Shown here one piece after another: positions 11,101-25,200 of a stretch of DNA of 64,000 nucleotides. Origin of the DNA: Bradymonadia bacterium. Lineage in GTDB: Bacteria > Myxococcota_A > Bradymonadia > UBA7976 > UBA1532. Within the stretch, counting starts at the first letter, position 1. Each line of letters begins with the position of its first letter. The notes beneath the pieces are model-generated. The model was not told the origin of the DNA, did not search any database, and was given only the letters and a program-made list of their open reading frames with translations. The stretch is taken from the NCBI GenBank assembly GCA_046290225.1, contig JBKAGE010000035.1:160001-224000 (forward strand), read 5' to 3'. The translations under genes were made by a program, and so were the position numbers.

Positions 11101-11696
11101 TGACCACTGATGGTGGTGGTTGGACCCTGATCAGCAACCGCCGGGCCCATCAGAACAACACCGAAGCCTGCGGCAGCAACATTCAGCAGTTCTTCACCAA
11201 CGGCTGTGGCTCGGCGAATGCCATCGGTGCCAACGACAGCTACGCCCTCACTCAAGGGCAGCGCACCAGCATCGAACACTACGAGCTCATGAGCTTGCAG
11301 TACCTCAACGGCGCCCTCGACGCCGACGACGCCTTCATCGTCGAGAAGGCTGGCGGCTTTACTGATTTGTTCCCGAACACCAATGCCTCGACCAACATCC
11401 CCATGGTGCAGGTGTGCACCCTCGACCGCAGCACGTGCGACAGCAGCAATGTCTACTGGAAGTACATCGGCGACTACTGGTTCCACAGCTCCGAGTGTCA
11501 CTCGGGTTCCTCGGGCAGCACCAGCTACCGTGGCAACTATGGCCTCTGCCACAACGGCGCATCCAACAACGGCGCCGGCGCGAACTACTACTCCAACACC
11601 TTCAACGGCAACCGGGAGCACTACCAGGAGACGAAGCTGTGGGGTTACAACAGCCACGGCAGTGATGACTACCAGGAGCGCCTCTTCGTGCGCTGA
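8103..11696 (+). CDS. Array paralog P1: signal peptide, 7 RCC1-like repeats, TSP3 repeats, long hexapeptide beta-helix, YCDxxxxGGGW C-terminal domain
   Basis: GAGGAGG RBS; 7x KCWG repeats; [20 protein letters not shown]; [IVL]Gxxxx hexapeptides at about 9715-10925; [11 protein letters not shown]. Confidence 0.88.
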   Translation: MAQSLTQKLLQSALAAGVITLAGLSTASASTGYHHCAIDDAGQLKCWGYNAGGQLGQGNTTQYGDQANEVANMSPVNLGTDAQGQPLTVRQIAHGYRFSCALLEDGRLKCWGLGSYGRTGYGETATRGDSANEMGDNLPFVDLGTGRTAVHIMNTRYSACAILDDGGVKCWGRNNYGQLGQGNTVNRGDGNNEMGENLAYTPLGTGRTAVQMSGGYQHNCALLDNGDVKCWGWGGSGMLGQGNSANIGDSANELGDNLQPIDLGTNRTATMVSSGYQFNCAILDNGGVKCWGYNGHGELGQGNTTARGDNAGEMGDNLAYTNLGTGRTATHIASGNNHTCAILDDGGVKCWGYNHHGQLGLNNTAYRGDHANEMGDSLPYVNLGVGRTAVSLGVGFHSTCAILDDDSVKCWGYNPYGNLGTGNTASYGNASFNMSSNPGVNLGANFGTPIDLDNSGGITCPDTDSDGLCDEEDNCPLAANVNQADTDADGLGDACDVCANDATNDADGDGICQDVDNCITVANADQTDNNGDGYGDACVSVNADIDPTATLGNDLVIGENAVIGAFSRIGDGSTVMGSLGSSVGVGAGSVIGAGADIENGVSIGENVGVGANTTIGLIARIGDGASIGAGVSIGTQSDIGAGAVIPDGVQIGEISGVGANTQLGAGCVLGNNARFGANGSTGTDCTLESNTQVGEGFVFGSTVYIESNATIEAEADFGDGVRIGDYAVVGRNAHLAAGTILASGAELGENATVGADSEIRGSLGNGVTLGADCFVGNQSSLADNCTFGDRVTTGIFVTLGARCDVGEDSAIYDGVTLGVDGNIGARSTVLFRAAIGDEATIGTDTIIDEQVTTGNRFTLGNNSRLWPRSGFGNDVSIGANVLIRDTADVGHDVTIEDDVTIFPETTIGEGTTIRQGVEIGVAVCETQVCGQVTIGQCNDINADVQPGSDMGGNCADGSEAARAGASCLDLLNNGVGADGVYWVDPDGDGGNAAFEAYCDMTTDGGGWTLISNRRAHQNNTEACGSNIQQFFTNGCGSANAIGANDSYALTQGQRTSIEHYELMSLQYLNGALDADDAFIVEKAGGFTDLFPNTNASTNIPMVQVCTLDRSTCDSSNVYWKYIGDYWFHSSECHSGSSGSTSYRGNYGLCHNGASNNGAGANYYSNTFNGNREHYQETKLWGYNSHGSDDYQERLFVR

Positions 11697-11850
11697 TGCC
11701 CCGCAGCCCACGCACCAGCACATCCCACCTGCACCAGGGCGCCCGGGCATCCAGTCATTCGAAAGAACTGATGTCTCTTTCTAGGGTACCCATTCATCAC
11801 ACATGCCGGTACACTCGCTGCATTCACCTGACCTGTGTGGAGTGTATGTC

Positions 11851-14583
11851 ATGGGTGTGAAGCTTCTCACCATCACCGGGGCCACCGCGCTGCTCTGTGC
11901 CAGCGCAGCTCAGGCGCAAACACCGTCGAGTTGTGCGAGCATCGTGCGCAACGGGCTGAGCAACGGCGACGGTGTGTACACCATCGACCCCGACGGGGCT
12001 GGTGGCAACGCGGCCTTCGATGTGTATTGCGACATGACCACCGACGGCGGTGGCTGGGCCATGCTCTACAACAGCGTCGGTGATCCTGGCGGCCAGACCA
12101 CGGCCTTCTGGCAGATCCCGTACGCAGAGCGCCTCAACGTGAAGGGCACCCCCAACCTCTCGAGCAACTTCTATGCGGGCTCTCTCTACATCTACGGTCG
12201 GGAGTACCGAGAGACCATCACCGATCTGAACGACACGACGGTGGAGGTGTACCGAGCCACAAGCCAGGGCATCAACACCTCCAACATGCACCTCACCAGC
12301 CCCGCCTTCGTCTCGGGCAACAGCAACTCCTACAGTTGTCAATTCGCCAGCGGGTGGGCGGCGTCCAACTACGACGCCGACGGCTATGGCGGGAACTGTG
12401 CGTCGGCCTACTCGAACGTCACCCAGCACTACTGCAGTTGCTGGTATTACAACCTCGGCTCAGATGCCGACGGCCCCCACTTTGATGGTGGCTGGGGCCC
12501 TCACTATCACTCGAGCACGGCGAGCTCCGACGGGCTGTCCACCGATGGCAGCGGATACTCTCGGATGAACGCCATCACCCGATGGACCCGTTGGGATGGC
12601 GGTGAAATCATCGTGCTTGATGCCGACAGTGATGGTGTGAACGACGACAACGACAACTGCCCGAACACCGCCAACGCTGATCAAGCAGATGGTGATGGTG
12701 ATGGGCAGGGTGATGTCTGTGATGCTTGCCCTGCTGATGCCACGAACGACGCAGACGGTGATGGTGTCTGCCAGGACGTCGACAACTGCCCCACCGTCGC
12801 CAACGGCGATCAGCTCGACGACAATGGTGATGGCTATGGCGACGCCTGCGTGAGCACTGCCGCCGACATCGCCGAAACCGCCACCCTCGGCAGCGACATC
12901 GTCGTCGGTGCTGATGCGATCATCGGGCCCTTCGCCCACATCGGCGACGGCGCCACGGTGAACGGCACCCTGGGCAGCAGCGTGCGCGTCGGCGCCGGCG
13001 CTGTCGTGGCTGCAGGTGCCAGCGTAGGCAACGGCGGCCGCCTCGGCGCCAACGTCGGTGTCGGCGCCAACTGCGCCCTCGGCGTGCTGGCGAACATCGG
13101 TGATGATGTGACGCTGGGCGCTGGCTGCTCTGTGGGCACCCGGGCGAGCATCGGCCCCCGGAGTAACCTCGGCGCCAACACTTCTGTGGGAGATCTCTCC
13201 ACCGTGGGCGAAGAGGCAAGCTTCGGCGACGGGGCCAGCGTGGGCAACAGCAGTAGCGTGGGCAACAGCGCCGAGCTGCTCGCCGGTGCCTCGGTGGGCT
13301 CGAACACCACCATCGGCCACACCCTGAGCCTCGGGGCCGGGGCTTCGGTGGCCACCAACTCCATCATCGGCGACGCAGCCATCATCGGCGCCAACGGCGT
13401 GGTGGGGAACTACGTCAACATCGGCGACAGCCTCGCCATGGGCGCCGACAGCGAGATCGCCGACGGCGCCAACCTCGGCCATGACGTCACCCTTGGCGCG
13501 AGCACCGAGGTCCGTGGCAGCCTCGGGGACAACGTCACCCTGGAAGACCGGGTGTTCATCGGGAACCAGAGCAGCGTCGGCGCCGACAGCCACCTGCACC
13601 ACGACGTGAGCCTCGGCATCTTCGTCAGCTTGGGCTCCAGCGTCATTGTCAACGACGACAGCGCCATCTACGACGGCGTCTCCATCGGCGCCAACAGCAC
13701 CCTTGGCCAGGCCACCAGCGTGCTGTTCCGCAGCACCATCGGTGCCCGAGCCAACATCGGTGACAGCGCCATTGTCGACGAGCAGATCACCATCGGCGAC
13801 GACTTCACCCTCGGCACCAACAGCCGGCTGTGGCCCCGCTCGACCTACGGCAGCACCGTCACCATCGGCAACAACGTGCTGATTCGCGACAGCGCCGATG
13901 TGGGCGACGACGTCACCATCGAGAACGATGCCATCATCTTCCCCGAGACCACCATTGGTCGGTCATCCATCATCCGCCAGGGCGTGGAGATCGGTGTAGC
14001 CACCTGCGAGACCCGCGTCTGCGGTCAGGTCACCATCGGTGACTGCACCGACATCGGCGCTGACATGCAGCCTGGCGCTGGGCAGCCGGGCACCTGCACA
14101 GTGCCTCCGGTGGTGTCTTCGGTGGAGCACTACGGCAGCGGGAACCGCGACGGGAACAACCTGCCCGCCACCAACCTCTTCGACGGCAACATCAACACCA
14201 AGAGTCGTTACCGCACTGGGGGCGATCGGTCCTACCGGATCGAGATCATCCTGCAGGGCCCGTCGACGCTCTCTGGTCTCGACATCTATGTGCCCCCAGG
14301 CCAGAACGCGGGCTACGCCGGCATCCAGATCTCCACCGACTCGGGGAACGGCTATGAGGTGCAGTACACCAACACCAACATGTTCGGCATCACCGGCCGC
14401 TTCGCAGGTGCAGAAGAGGTAGGCGGCCCGGGCTACGGCGCTGGTCATCAGGGCATTCAGGGCTGGTACAGCCACGCCTTCCCCCGCGTCGACGACGTCA
14501 CCCGCATTCAGATCATCACTGGCTGGAACGACGAAGCCAACGATGCTTGCTACTCCATGAACGAGATCGAACTCGTCGAGTAA
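11851..14583 (+). CDS. Array paralog P2: signal peptide, N-terminal YCDxxxxGGGW domain, TSP3, beta-helix, discoidin/F5-8-like C-terminal domain
   Basis: GGAG before ATG 11851; AQA-QT cleavage site; tip has NLFDGNINT and terminal SMNEIELVE. Confidence 0.85.
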   Translation: MGVKLLTITGATALLCASAAQAQTPSSCASIVRNGLSNGDGVYTIDPDGAGGNAAFDVYCDMTTDGGGWAMLYNSVGDPGGQTTAFWQIPYAERLNVKGTPNLSSNFYAGSLYIYGREYRETITDLNDTTVEVYRATSQGINTSNMHLTSPAFVSGNSNSYSCQFASGWAASNYDADGYGGNCASAYSNVTQHYCSCWYYNLGSDADGPHFDGGWGPHYHSSTASSDGLSTDGSGYSRMNAITRWTRWDGGEIIVLDADSDGVNDDNDNCPNTANADQADGDGDGQGDVCDACPADATNDADGDGVCQDVDNCPTVANGDQLDDNGDGYGDACVSTAADIAETATLGSDIVVGADAIIGPFAHIGDGATVNGTLGSSVRVGAGAVVAAGASVGNGGRLGANVGVGANCALGVLANIGDDVTLGAGCSVGTRASIGPRSNLGANTSVGDLSTVGEEASFGDGASVGNSSSVGNSAELLAGASVGSNTTIGHTLSLGAGASVATNSIIGDAAIIGANGVVGNYVNIGDSLAMGADSEIADGANLGHDVTLGASTEVRGSLGDNVTLEDRVFIGNQSSVGADSHLHHDVSLGIFVSLGSSVIVNDDSAIYDGVSIGANSTLGQATSVLFRSTIGARANIGDSAIVDEQITIGDDFTLGTNSRLWPRSTYGSTVTIGNNVLIRDSADVGDDVTIENDAIIFPETTIGRSSIIRQGVEIGVATCETRVCGQVTIGDCTDIGADMQPGAGQPGTCTVPPVVSSVEHYGSGNRDGNNLPATNLFDGNINTKSRYRTGGDRSYRIEIILQGPSTLSGLDIYVPPGQNAGYAGIQISTDSGNGYEVQYTNTNMFGITGRFAGAEEVGGPGYGAGHQGIQGWYSHAFPRVDDVTRIQIITGWNDEANDACYSMNEIELVE

Positions 14584-14622
14584 CCCGCCTCCGCGACCCC
14601 CCACCCCTCTCGAGCTTCTCAC

Positions 14623-14670
14623 CTACATCATACTTTTGTGTGGTCAGGCGTAAGTCTGAACACCTACAAT
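14623..14670 (+). promoter_or_regulatory. Shared upstream motif A (before P3)
   Basis: CTACA-N11-TGTGGTC-N19-TACAAT. Confidence 0.55.
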
Positions 14671-14735
14671 GCTTAGGTCATCGCACACTGACCCAAAACG
14701 TCATTGCCACACATCACCATCGACACGAGGCAACC

Positions 14736-17700
14736 ATGGATACTCGCCGTATCTTGAAACGCGCCCTCTTCGCCCTCATGGGCGCGGGATCGCTCACTCT
14801 GCTCGGGGCCTCGGTGGCCCAGGCCAACCACGACTACCACTCGTGTGCGCTCTTCGATAACGGGCAGATCAAGTGTTGGGGCTACAACTCCAATGGTCAG
14901 CTTGGTTACGGCAATACCAACTATCGAGGCGATACAGCCAACGAGATGGGCGACAACCTCCCCTTTGTCGACCTCGGTACTGGGCTCACGGTCGAGGAGG
15001 TTTCGTCAGGTTGGCACCATACATGCGCGCTGTTCACCGATGGGCGAGTCAAATGCTGGGGTTACAACAGCCACGCTGAGCTGGGCAGCGGAAACGTGGC
15101 CCACCTCGGTGACGGTGCCAGCGAGATGGGCGACAACCTGCCCTTCGTGAACTTCGGTACGGGTCGCACAGCCGTTTATGTGGACTCGGGTGTGCACCAC
15201 TCCTGCGCCATCCTCGACAACAACGATGTGAAGTGCTGGGGCTACAACGGCCATGGTGAGACAGGTGTGGGTTTCTCCGGGGGGTACATTGGTGATGCCA
15301 ATGGCGCCGAGATGGGCGACAACCGACCCCCTGTGAACCTCGGCAGCAACCTCACCGTAGCTCACGTCGATGCGGCCTACTTCCACAGCTGCGCCCTCTT
15401 CGACGATGGCCGCGTGAAGTGCTGGGGTCGCAACAACTACGGCCAGATCGGTTATGGCAGCAACACCATCATCGGCGACGTCGCAGGCGAGATGGGTGAC
15501 AACCTGCCCTTCGTCGATCTCGGCACCGGTCGAACAGCGAAGCATGTCGAGGGCGGCATCTACCACACCTGCGCACTGCTCGATAACGATCGCGTGAAGT
15601 GTTGGGGTCGCAACAACTACGGCAACCTTGGGTATGGCGACAACAACAACCGTGGCGACGGACCCAACGAGATGGGCGACAACTTGCCCTATGTCGATCT
15701 CGGCACCGACGGCCAGGGCAACCCGTTGCTGGTGGATCGTCTCTGGGTTGACGCCTATCACAACTGTGCGCAGCTCCAGAATGGTGGGGTGAAGTGTTGG
15801 GGCCATGGCACCCACGGCGCCCTGGGCCTTGGTGAGAGCAATCACCGCGGTGATGCTGCCAACGAGATGGGCAACAACCTGCCCTATGTCGATTTGGGCA
15901 CGGGCCGCAGTGTCGTCGATATGACGCTTGGCTACCTCTTCAGCTGTGCACAGCTCGACGATGGTGGGGTGAAGTGTTGGGGCTACAACGCCCATGGCCA
16001 GTTGGGTCAAGGGAACACGACTCAACGAGGCGACAACGCCGGCGAGATGGGCGACAACCTCGCCTACACCCCACTTGGCAGCGTTTCTTCTGTGGTGGAG
16101 CTGTCTTCACCGGCATCCAACCGGATCACCGACGACGATGGTGATGGCGTCGATGATGGAGTGGACAACTGTCTTCTCGTGGCCAACGCCGATCAAACAG
16201 ACACTGATGGCGATGGCGCCGGTGATGCGTGTGATGCCTGCGCGAACGACGCGACGAACGACGCTGACGGCGATGGCATCTGTCAGGACGTGGACAACTG
16301 CATCACTGTGGCCAACGCAGACCAGACGGACAACAACGGTGATGGCTACGGCGACGCTTGTGTGAGCGTGAACGCCGACATCGATCCCACGGCTACGCTG
16401 GGCGCTGACCTCGTGATTGGTGAGAACGCAGTGATTGGTGCCTTCGCCCGCGTGGACGACGGCGCCACGGTGATGGGCACTCTCGGCAGTAGCGTCGGCA
16501 TTGGTGCTAGCTCGGTCGTAGCCGCTGGAGCCAACCTCGCGAACGGCGTCAGCGTGGGCGAGAACGTGGGCATCGGGGCTGGTACCAGCATTGGTGTGAT
16601 TGCCCGCATCGGCGACGGGGCCAGCATCGGCGCCAACGTCACCATCGGCACCCAGGGTGAAATCGGCGCTGGCGCTGTCATCCCTGACGGCGTGCAAATC
16701 GGTGAGATTTCGGGCGTGGGTGACAACACTCAGCTCGGCGCCGGCTGTGTGCTGGGCAACAACGCCAAGATGGGGTCGAACGGCTCCACGGGTACGGACT
16801 GCACCCTTGAGTCAAACACCCGCGTGGGTGACGACTTCGTCTTCGGGACTACGGTTTACATCGAGTCGAACTCCACCATCGAGCCCGAGGCTGACTTCGG
16901 CAACGGCGTGCGCATTGGTGACTACGCTGTCGTGGGCCGAAACGCTCACCTTGCTGCAGGCACCACCCTCGCATCTGGCGCGGAACTCGGTGAGAACGCC
17001 TCTGTGGGTGCTGATTCCGAGATTCGCGGTGCCCTGGGCAACGGCGTGACTCTGGGCGCTGACTGCTTCGTGGGCAACCAGAGCAGCCTCGCTGACAACT
17101 GCACCTTTGGGGACCGCGTCACCACGGGCATCTTCGTATCCCTCGGCGCTCGCTGTGACGTGGGCGAGGATTCGGCGATTTACGACGGTGTGACCCTCGG
17201 TGTGGACAACACCGTGGGCGCCCGCAGCACCATTCTGTTCCGGACCACCATCGGCGACACCGCCAACATCGGGACCGACACCATCATCGACGAGCAGAAC
17301 ACCATCGGGCACCGGTTCACCCTGGGCAACAACAGCCGTCTGTGGCCCCGCTCTGGCTTTGGCAACGACGTCAGCGTCGGCGCCAACGTGCTCATTCGCG
17401 ACACTGCTGACGTGGGCGACGAGGTCACCATCGAGAACGACGTCACCATCTTCCCCGAGACCACCATTGGTCAGGAGACCACCATCCGCCAGGGTGTGGA
17501 GCTCGGCGTAGCCATCTGCGCCACTCAGCGCTGTGGTCAGGTCAACATTGGCGAGTGTCTCGACATCAACGCCGATATGGGCCCTCTGAGCGACATGCCC
17601 GGCAGCTGCGCCGATGGCAGCGAGGCTGCCCAGGCGGGCCAGAGCTGTGCTGACCTGCTCGCCAACGGCGTCACCACCACGGGCACTTACTGGATCGACC

Positions 17701-18218
17701 CTGATGATGGTGGCCCCATCGCGCCGTTCCAGGCCTACTGCGACATGACCACCGACGGCGGCGGCTGGACCATGATCGGGAACGGCACGTGGTACAGCAG
17801 CACCGCCAACTATGTGGCTCCGGGCCAGGGGAATGTTCAGCTGGCCACCACCACCATCGACGCGCTGCGGACCAACTCCGAGGACCTGTTCCGCGTGGGC
17901 CAGGGGAACACCCGCATGTTCATCCGGGACTCGGGCGCTCTCATCGAGCAGGGCCTGCACTACTGGCGCTCCACCGCCAACGATCTGGAATGCTCCACGG
18001 GCTACGACGCGGTCACCTCGAACACGATGACCGACGTGCCAAACAACCGCCTCACTTGCGATGCGTTCGGTGTGGGCTCACACACGTGTGGCTCGGCGAA
18101 CGGCTGGATCCTGATCCACGTGGTGGATGCCTTTAACTGGAACGGTACTCACCCTTGTAGCTTCGGCGTGGCCTACTACCCCACCAACCAGGCCCTCAAC
18201 ACACTCTGGTTGCGCTGA
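14736..18218 (+). CDS. Array paralog P3: signal peptide, 7 RCC1-like repeats, TSP3, beta-helix, short YCDxxxxGGGW tip
   Basis: GAGG before ATG 14736 (MDTRR); 7x KCWG; same core as P1. Confidence 0.88.
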   Translation: MDTRRILKRALFALMGAGSLTLLGASVAQANHDYHSCALFDNGQIKCWGYNSNGQLGYGNTNYRGDTANEMGDNLPFVDLGTGLTVEEVSSGWHHTCALFTDGRVKCWGYNSHAELGSGNVAHLGDGASEMGDNLPFVNFGTGRTAVYVDSGVHHSCAILDNNDVKCWGYNGHGETGVGFSGGYIGDANGAEMGDNRPPVNLGSNLTVAHVDAAYFHSCALFDDGRVKCWGRNNYGQIGYGSNTIIGDVAGEMGDNLPFVDLGTGRTAKHVEGGIYHTCALLDNDRVKCWGRNNYGNLGYGDNNNRGDGPNEMGDNLPYVDLGTDGQGNPLLVDRLWVDAYHNCAQLQNGGVKCWGHGTHGALGLGESNHRGDAANEMGNNLPYVDLGTGRSVVDMTLGYLFSCAQLDDGGVKCWGYNAHGQLGQGNTTQRGDNAGEMGDNLAYTPLGSVSSVVELSSPASNRITDDDGDGVDDGVDNCLLVANADQTDTDGDGAGDACDACANDATNDADGDGICQDVDNCITVANADQTDNNGDGYGDACVSVNADIDPTATLGADLVIGENAVIGAFARVDDGATVMGTLGSSVGIGASSVVAAGANLANGVSVGENVGIGAGTSIGVIARIGDGASIGANVTIGTQGEIGAGAVIPDGVQIGEISGVGDNTQLGAGCVLGNNAKMGSNGSTGTDCTLESNTRVGDDFVFGTTVYIESNSTIEPEADFGNGVRIGDYAVVGRNAHLAAGTTLASGAELGENASVGADSEIRGALGNGVTLGADCFVGNQSSLADNCTFGDRVTTGIFVSLGARCDVGEDSAIYDGVTLGVDNTVGARSTILFRTTIGDTANIGTDTIIDEQNTIGHRFTLGNNSRLWPRSGFGNDVSVGANVLIRDTADVGDEVTIENDVTIFPETTIGQETTIRQGVELGVAICATQRCGQVNIGECLDINADMGPLSDMPGSCADGSEAAQAGQSCADLLANGVTTTGTYWIDPDDGGPIAPFQAYCDMTTDGGGWTMIGNGTWYSSTANYVAPGQGNVQLATTTIDALRTNSEDLFRVGQGNTRMFIRDSGALIEQGLHYWRSTANDLECSTGYDAVTSNTMTDVPNNRLTCDAFGVGSHTCGSANGWILIHVVDAFNWNGTHPCSFGVAYYPTNQALNTLWLR

Positions 18219-18291
18219 CGGCACACACCTCCTGGTCAACGCCCGCCTGATAATCCCCCCTCTTTTCAGCCTGATTCAGCGCCATTTAGGC

Positions 18292-18339
18292 CTACATCGT
18301 GATTTGGTGTAGTCCATGGTGTGTCAATTCACCTACAAT
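18292..18339 (+). promoter_or_regulatory. Shared upstream motif A (before P4)
   Basis: CTACA-N11-TGTAGTC-N19-TACAAT. Confidence 0.6.
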
Positions 18340-18377
18340 GACTCCGCTTGCATACTCCCGATGCTCACGGAGGACCG

Positions 18378-21300
18378 ATGTCTCGCCACCATTTCTTTCG
18401 TCGTACGCTCCAAAGCCTTCTTGGGGCTGGTGCGCTGACGCTTCTGGCCGCCTTTTCGGCCCATGCAACTCACGACTACCTGACCTGCGCGCTCTTCGAT
18501 GACGGCCAGGTCAAGTGCTGGGGCGACAACGGCCATGGCAGCCTCGGCCTCGGTGATGGCAACGATCGTGGTGACAATGTCAACGAGATGGGCAACAACC
18601 TGCCCTATGTAGATCTCGGTGAGCCCGCCGTGGAGGTGTACACCTCACTGCGGGTGGCCTGCGCCAGGCTGCAAAGCGGGGCGGCGAAGTGCTGGGGCTA
18701 CGGTGGCCAGGGCATGTTGCTTCAAGGTGACACCAGCAGCCGCGGTGACCAGGCCAACGAGATGGGCAACAACCTGCCACCCATGAACTTCGGCACTGGC
18801 CGCACCGCCGAGGTCATCGACCTGGGTCACATTCATGCCTGCGGGGTGCTCGACAATGGCCGGGTGAAGTGTTGGGGCTATGGCGGTTGGGGCAACCTCG
18901 GCCAGGGCAATACCGCCAACCTCGGGGATTCAGCCAACGAGACGGGTGACGGCCTGCCCTATGTCGACTTGGGTACTGAGAATGGTCAACCGCTGCTGGC
19001 GAGCCAGGCGACCGCAGGTTACCCCACCAGCTGCGCCATTTTGGAAGACGGGCGGGTGAAGTGTTGGGGCTACAACAGCCATGGTGAGCTGGGTCAGGGC
19101 AACAACACCCAACGTGGCGACAACGCCAACGAGATGGGGAACAACCTCGCCTTCACCGACTTGGGCACTGGCCGGACTGCCAAGTACATCGACGGTGGCA
19201 TTCACACCTTCTGCGCAGTCCTCGACAATGACCGCGTGAAATGCTGGGGCTATGGAGGGTATGGCACCCTCGGCTATGGCGACAACCAGAACCGCGGTGA
19301 CGGTGCCAACGAGATGGGCGACAACCTGCCCTACGTCGACTTCGGCACCGACGGTCAGGGTAACCCGCTCAAGGTGAAAAACCTCTGGATGGGCGCCTAC
19401 CACAACTGCGTACAGCTTGAGAACGACGGCATCAAGTGCTGGGGCCGCGCTCAGCTCGGCGCCCTGGGCCGCCCCATCGGCAACGCCTACATCGGCCGCG
19501 GTGCCAATGAAATGGGTGACAATCTGCCCTATGTGGACCTCGGCACCGATGGCCAGGGCAACCCGCTGGTGGTGGCTGACATGAACCTGGGCCACTACTT
19601 CAACTGTGCGTTGTTCACCAACGGCAGCCAGAAGTGTTGGGGTTACGGCGTTTATGGCCAGCTCGGGACCGGCAACACCAGCAACCTCGGTGACAATGCC
19701 AATGAGATGGGGAACTTCCTGCCCTACCTAGACCTTGGTAATGGCACCGTGGTGGGCCTCTCACAGCCTTCACCGCTGCTCACCATCGACGAGGATGACG
19801 ACAACATCGACGATGCCATCGACAACTGCCTCTTCGTGGCCAACCCTGACCAGGCGGACACTGATGGCGACGGTCTGGGTGATGCGTGTGATGCCTGCGC
19901 GAACGATGCAACGAACGACGCTGACGGCGATGGCATCTGCCAGGACGTCGATAACTGCATCATGGTGGCCAACGCAGACCAGACAGATAACAACGGCGAC
20001 GGCTTCGGTGATGCTTGTGTGAGCGTGAACGCCGACATCGACCCCACTGCGACTTTGGGTGCTGATCTCGTCATTGGTGAGAACGCTGTGATTGGCGCCT
20101 TCTCTCGCGTGGACGACGGCGCCACCGTGATGGGGACCCTCGGCAGCAGTGTTGGCGTCGGCGCCGGCTCGGTCGTGGGCGCAGGGGCCAACCTCGCGAA
20201 CGGCGTCAGCGTGGGCGAGAACGTGGGCATCGGCACTGGCACCAGCATTGGTGTGATTGCCCGCATCGGTGACGGGGCCAGCATCGGCGCCAACGTCACC
20301 ATCGGCACTCAGGGCGACATCGGCGCTGGTGCTGTGATTCCCGACGGTGTGCAAATCGGCGAAATTTCGGGTGTGGGGGCCAACACTCAGCTTGGTGCTG
20401 GTTGTGTGCTCGGCAACAACGCTCGTTTCGGCGCCAACGGCTCCACTGGGACCGACTGCACTCTCGAGTCCAACACCCGTGTGGGCGATGACTTTGTCTT
20501 CGGCGACACCGTGTATGTCGAGTCGAACGCCACCGTCGAGCCTGAGGCTGACTTCGGCAATGGTGTGCGCATCGGTGACTACGCCGTGGTGGGCCGCAAC
20601 GCTCACCTCGCAGCGGGCACCATCCTCGCTTCTGGTGCGGAGCTTGGTGAAGACGCCGCTGTGGGTGCCGACTCCGAGATTCGCGGTGCCCTGGGCAACG
20701 GCGTGACTCTGGGTGCTGACTGCTTCGTGGGTAACCAGAGCAGTCTCGCCGACAACTGCACCTTCGGGGACCGTGTCACCACCGGCATCTTCGTATCCCT
20801 CGGCGCTCGCTGTGATGTGGGTGAGGATTCAGCGATTTACGACGGTGTGACTCTCGGCGTCGATGGCACCATTGGCGCTCGCAGCACTGTGCTCTTCCGC
20901 GCCACCATCGGTGATACTGCCAACATTGGCACCGACACCATCATCGATGAGCAGAACACCATTGGTCACCGGTTCACCCTCGGCAACAACAGCCGCCTCT
21001 GGCCTCGAAGCGGCTTCGGCAACGACGTCAGCGTCGGTGCCAACGTGCTGATTCGCGACACCGCTGACGTGGGCGACGAGGTCACCATCGAGAACGACGT
21101 CACCATCTTCCCCGAGACCACCATCGGCGCCGGTGCAACCATCCGTCAGGGCGTAGAGCTCGGTGTGGCTGTGTGTGAGACCCAGGTGTGCGGGCAGGTC
21201 ACCATCGGCGAGTGCTCCGACATCAACGCCGACATGAACCCCGGGAGCGACATGCCGGGGAGCTGCCAGCAGGGCCTCGACGCCGAGAGCGCGGGCATCG

Positions 21301-22118
21301 ACTGCCTGGACCTGCTCAACAACGGGAACGTGGACACTGACGGTGTGTACTGGATTGACCCCGACGGCAACGGTGGGGATGTACCCTTCCAGGCCTACTG
21401 CGACATGACCAGCAGCGGTGGTGGTTGGACCCTGGTGCTCAACCTCGACACCTCTGACGGCCACGTCATGTGGTGGCACAACAACCTCTGGACCAACGGC
21501 ACCCTGCACAACAGCGCCTCGCCCGACCTCAGCGGCGACTACAAAGGCCTCGGCTGGAACGAGATTCCCGCTCAGGAGTTCCTCCTCCTCGTGCACGAGC
21601 AGGGCAACTACAAGGGCTGGAAGTCCTTCAACAGCGCCAACGCCGGCAACACCATGAACACCTGGCTCAACAGCGGCGACAACGTCCCCATCTCCACCTT
21701 CGGCGCCACCGACAGCTTCCTCGCCGGTGACCTCTGGAACGGTGAGCACCTCGTCCGCGACTCAAACCAGCTCTGGATCAACCAGAACGACAACTTCAAC
21801 GGCTACTGCAACACCAACGACTGGGATCGCATCTGCTCCGACACCTGCAAGGTCGGCGGCAACGACGGCGGTGGCCTCGGTAACTGCCACGACTGCACTC
21901 ATGGCCCCCAGTGGCGCACCACCTCGGAGGCCCAGGCTGGCTGGCACAACTGGACCAGCAACTCAGCCTGCTACGCCGGCACGCCCCACAACGGCCTCGG
22001 CCACTACGGCACCGACACTGCCTACCCCGCCACCTGCAACAACAGCGGCGCCAACAACGCCGCTTCGTGGTCCTGCGCCAATGGCATCAACTACGACTAC
22101 GCCATCTTCGTCCGCTGA
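18378..22118 (+). CDS. Array paralog P4: signal peptide, 7 RCC1-like repeats, TSP3, beta-helix, Cys/Asn-rich YCDxxxxGGGW tip (intelectin-like)
   Basis: GGAGG before ATG 18378; 7x [15 protein letters not shown]...DYKGLGW. Confidence 0.88.
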   Translation: MSRHHFFRRTLQSLLGAGALTLLAAFSAHATHDYLTCALFDDGQVKCWGDNGHGSLGLGDGNDRGDNVNEMGNNLPYVDLGEPAVEVYTSLRVACARLQSGAAKCWGYGGQGMLLQGDTSSRGDQANEMGNNLPPMNFGTGRTAEVIDLGHIHACGVLDNGRVKCWGYGGWGNLGQGNTANLGDSANETGDGLPYVDLGTENGQPLLASQATAGYPTSCAILEDGRVKCWGYNSHGELGQGNNTQRGDNANEMGNNLAFTDLGTGRTAKYIDGGIHTFCAVLDNDRVKCWGYGGYGTLGYGDNQNRGDGANEMGDNLPYVDFGTDGQGNPLKVKNLWMGAYHNCVQLENDGIKCWGRAQLGALGRPIGNAYIGRGANEMGDNLPYVDLGTDGQGNPLVVADMNLGHYFNCALFTNGSQKCWGYGVYGQLGTGNTSNLGDNANEMGNFLPYLDLGNGTVVGLSQPSPLLTIDEDDDNIDDAIDNCLFVANPDQADTDGDGLGDACDACANDATNDADGDGICQDVDNCIMVANADQTDNNGDGFGDACVSVNADIDPTATLGADLVIGENAVIGAFSRVDDGATVMGTLGSSVGVGAGSVVGAGANLANGVSVGENVGIGTGTSIGVIARIGDGASIGANVTIGTQGDIGAGAVIPDGVQIGEISGVGANTQLGAGCVLGNNARFGANGSTGTDCTLESNTRVGDDFVFGDTVYVESNATVEPEADFGNGVRIGDYAVVGRNAHLAAGTILASGAELGEDAAVGADSEIRGALGNGVTLGADCFVGNQSSLADNCTFGDRVTTGIFVSLGARCDVGEDSAIYDGVTLGVDGTIGARSTVLFRATIGDTANIGTDTIIDEQNTIGHRFTLGNNSRLWPRSGFGNDVSVGANVLIRDTADVGDEVTIENDVTIFPETTIGAGATIRQGVELGVAVCETQVCGQVTIGECSDINADMNPGSDMPGSCQQGLDAESAGIDCLDLLNNGNVDTDGVYWIDPDGNGGDVPFQAYCDMTSSGGGWTLVLNLDTSDGHVMWWHNNLWTNGTLHNSASPDLSGDYKGLGWNEIPAQEFLLLVHEQGNYKGWKSFNSANAGNTMNTWLNSGDNVPISTFGATDSFLAGDLWNGEHLVRDSNQLWINQNDNFNGYCNTNDWDRICSDTCKVGGNDGGGLGNCHDCTHGPQWRTTSEAQAGWHNWTSNSACYAGTPHNGLGHYGTDTAYPATCNNSGANNAASWSCANGINYDYAIFVR

Positions 22119-22208
22119 GCCCTCCAGGGTGATTTCACCCTGTGAGATACCTGCCGGATAACCGCTCGCGCCCCACCCGTTTCCGCCTGAGATCACAGCC
22201 CCAGATGC

Positions 22209-22256
22209 GTACACTGTGATTTTGTGTAGTCCCCAGTGTATCCATTCACCTACAAT
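22209..22256 (+). promoter_or_regulatory. Shared upstream motif A (before P5)
   Basis: GTACA-N11-TGTAGTC-N19-TACAAT. Confidence 0.6.
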
Positions 22257-22294
22257 GGCTCCGTTTGCATACTCCCAATGCTCTCGGAGGGCCG

Positions 22295-25200
22295 ATGTCT
22301 CGCTCCAACTTCTTTCGCCGCACACTCCATGGCTTGCTCGGGGCTGGTGCGCTGACGCTGCTGGCCGCTTCTTCGGCCCAGGCGACTCATGACTACCAAA
22401 CCTGTGCGCTCTTCGACGACGGGCAGGTGAAGTGCTGGGGCTACAACAGCCACGGCAACCTCGGCCTCGGCGACACCAACCATCGCGGTGACTCTCCTGG
22501 CGAGATGGGCAACAGCCTGCCCTACCTCGACCTCGGTGAGCCTGCGGTAGAGGTCCACACGAACTATCTCGTCGGCTGCGCCACATTGCAGAGCGGTGCT
22601 GTGAAGTGCTGGGGCTACAACGCCCACGGTCAGCTGCTCAAAGGCAACACCAGCTCCCTCGGTGACGGGCCCAACGAGATGGGCAACAACCTCACGCCCA
22701 TCGACTTGGGTACGGGGCGTACTTCGGCATACCTCGACATGGGCATGTATCACATCTGTTCCGTGCTCGATAACGGCCGCATCAAGTGTTGGGGTTACAA
22801 CTACTATGGCCAGCTGGGCTACGGGGACACCAACTACCGTGGCGACCAGGCCAACGAGAGTGGTGACAATCTGCCCTATGTGGATCTCGGGACTGAGAAC
22901 GGCCAGCCACTTCTGGCTGCTCAGGTGGGGGCAAACTACATCAGCACCTGCGCCATCCTCACCGACGGCCGCGTGAAGTGCTGGGGCTACAACAACTATG
23001 GTGAGCTGGGCCAGGGTCACACCGCCCATCGTGGTGATCATGGCAACGAGATGGGGAACAACCTGCCCTTCACCAACCTGGGCACTGGGCGGACCGCCAA
23101 GTACATCGACGGTGGCATCCACACCATGTGCGCCATCCTCGATAACGACCGCCTCAAGTGCTGGGGCTATGGTGGTTACGGCACCCTCGGCCAGGGCAAC
23201 ACCACCCACTACGGCGACAACGAGACCGGCGACAGCATCCCCTATGTGCCTCTTGGCACCGACGGCCAGGGCAACCCCCTCACTGTGAAGAACTTCTGGA
23301 CAGGCGCATATCACTACTGCGCCAAGCTCGAGACCGACGGCGTGAAGTGCTGGGGCACCAACTCAGGCGGCGCCCTGGGCTATGGCCACAGCACCCGCCT
23401 CGGCGACAACCCTGGTGAGATGGGCGACAGCCTGCCCTATGTGGATTTTGGCACTGACGATCAGGGCCAGCCTCTCGTGGTGGCCGACATGGACCTGGGC
23501 CACTACTTCGGCTGCGCATTGTTCACCAATGGCACCCAGAAATGCTGGGGCTACGCGCTCTATGGTCAGCTTGGCACGGGTGACACCACCCACCGCGGTG
23601 ACAACGCCAACGAGATGGGGAACAACCTGCCCTACCTCGACCTCGGAGACGGCACTGTGGTGGCGCTCTCCGAGCCCACGCCTCTGCTCATCGTCGACGA
23701 CGACGGCGACAACATCGACGATGCCATCGACAACTGCCCCTTCCTCGCCAACGCAGATCAGGCCGATACCGATGGTGACGGCATGGGTGACGCGTGTGAT
23801 GCATGTGCGAACGACGCGACAAACGACGCTGACGGCGATGGCATCTGCCAGGATGTGGACAACTGCATCACCGTCGCGAATGCAGACCAGACGGACAACA
23901 ACGGTGATGGCTACGGCGACGCTTGCGTGAGCGTGAACGCCGACATCGACCCCACCGCTACCCTCGGCAACGACCTCGTCATCGGTGAGAACGCTGTCAT
24001 CGGCTCATTCGCCAATGTCGGCGACGGCGCCACAGTGATGGGTGACCTTGGCAGCAGCGCCAGCGTAGGCGCAGGCTCTGTCGTGGCCGCGGGTGCCAGC
24101 CTCGCCAACGGCGTTCGTGTGGGTGACAACGTGGGCATCGGGGCTGGTACCAGCATTGGTGTCATCGCTCGCATCGGTGACGGGGCCAGCATCGGCGCCA
24201 ACGTCACCATCGGTACTCAGGGTGAAATCGGCGCTGGTGCTGTCATCCCTGACGGCGTCCAGATTGGTGAGATTTCGGGTGTGGGTGACAACACTCAGCT
24301 CGGTGCTGGCTGTGTCCTCGGCAACAACGCCAAGATGGGCGCCAACGGCTCCACGGGGACCGACTGCACCCTCGAGTCGAACACTCGCGTGGGCGATGAC
24401 TTCGTCTTTGGGAGCACGGTGCACATCGAGTCGAACTCCACCATCGAGCCCGAGGCCGACTTCGGCAACGGTGTCCGCATTGGTGACTACGCTGTCGTGG
24501 GCCGCAACGCTCACCTCGCAGCGGGCACCATCCTCGCTTCTGGTGCGGAGCTTGGTGAAGACGCCGCTGTGGGCGCTGACTCCGAGATTCGCGGTGCCCT
24601 GGGCAATGGCGTGACCCTGGGCGCTGACTGCTTCGTGGGCAACCAGAGCAGCCTCGCCGACAACTGCACCTTTGGTGATCGCGTCACCACTGGCATCTTC
24701 GTCACCCTGGGCGCTCGCTGTGATGTGGGTGAAGACTCCGCCATCTATGACGGTGTGACTCTCGGCGTGGACAACACCGTGGGCGCCCGCAGCACCATTC
24801 TGTTCCGGACCACCATCGGCGACACCGCCAACATCGGGACCAACACCATCATCGATGAGCAGAACACCATCGGGAACCGCTTCACCCTGGGCAACAACAG
24901 CCGCCTCTGGCCCCGCTCTGGCTTTGGCAACGACGTCAGCGTCGGTGCCAACGTGCTGATTCGCGACACCGCTGACGTGGGTGACGAGGTCACCATCGAA
25001 GACGATGTCACCATCTTCCCCGAGACCACCATCGGCAACGACGTCACAATCCGTCAGGGTGTGGAGATCGGCGTAGCTGTCTGTGAGACTCAGGTCTGTG
25101 GGCAGGTCAACATCGGCGAGTGTCTCGACATCAACGCCGACATGAACCCGGGTGAGGCCCTCGCCGCCGATTGTATCGACGGTGGCGATCCCGGCAGCGC

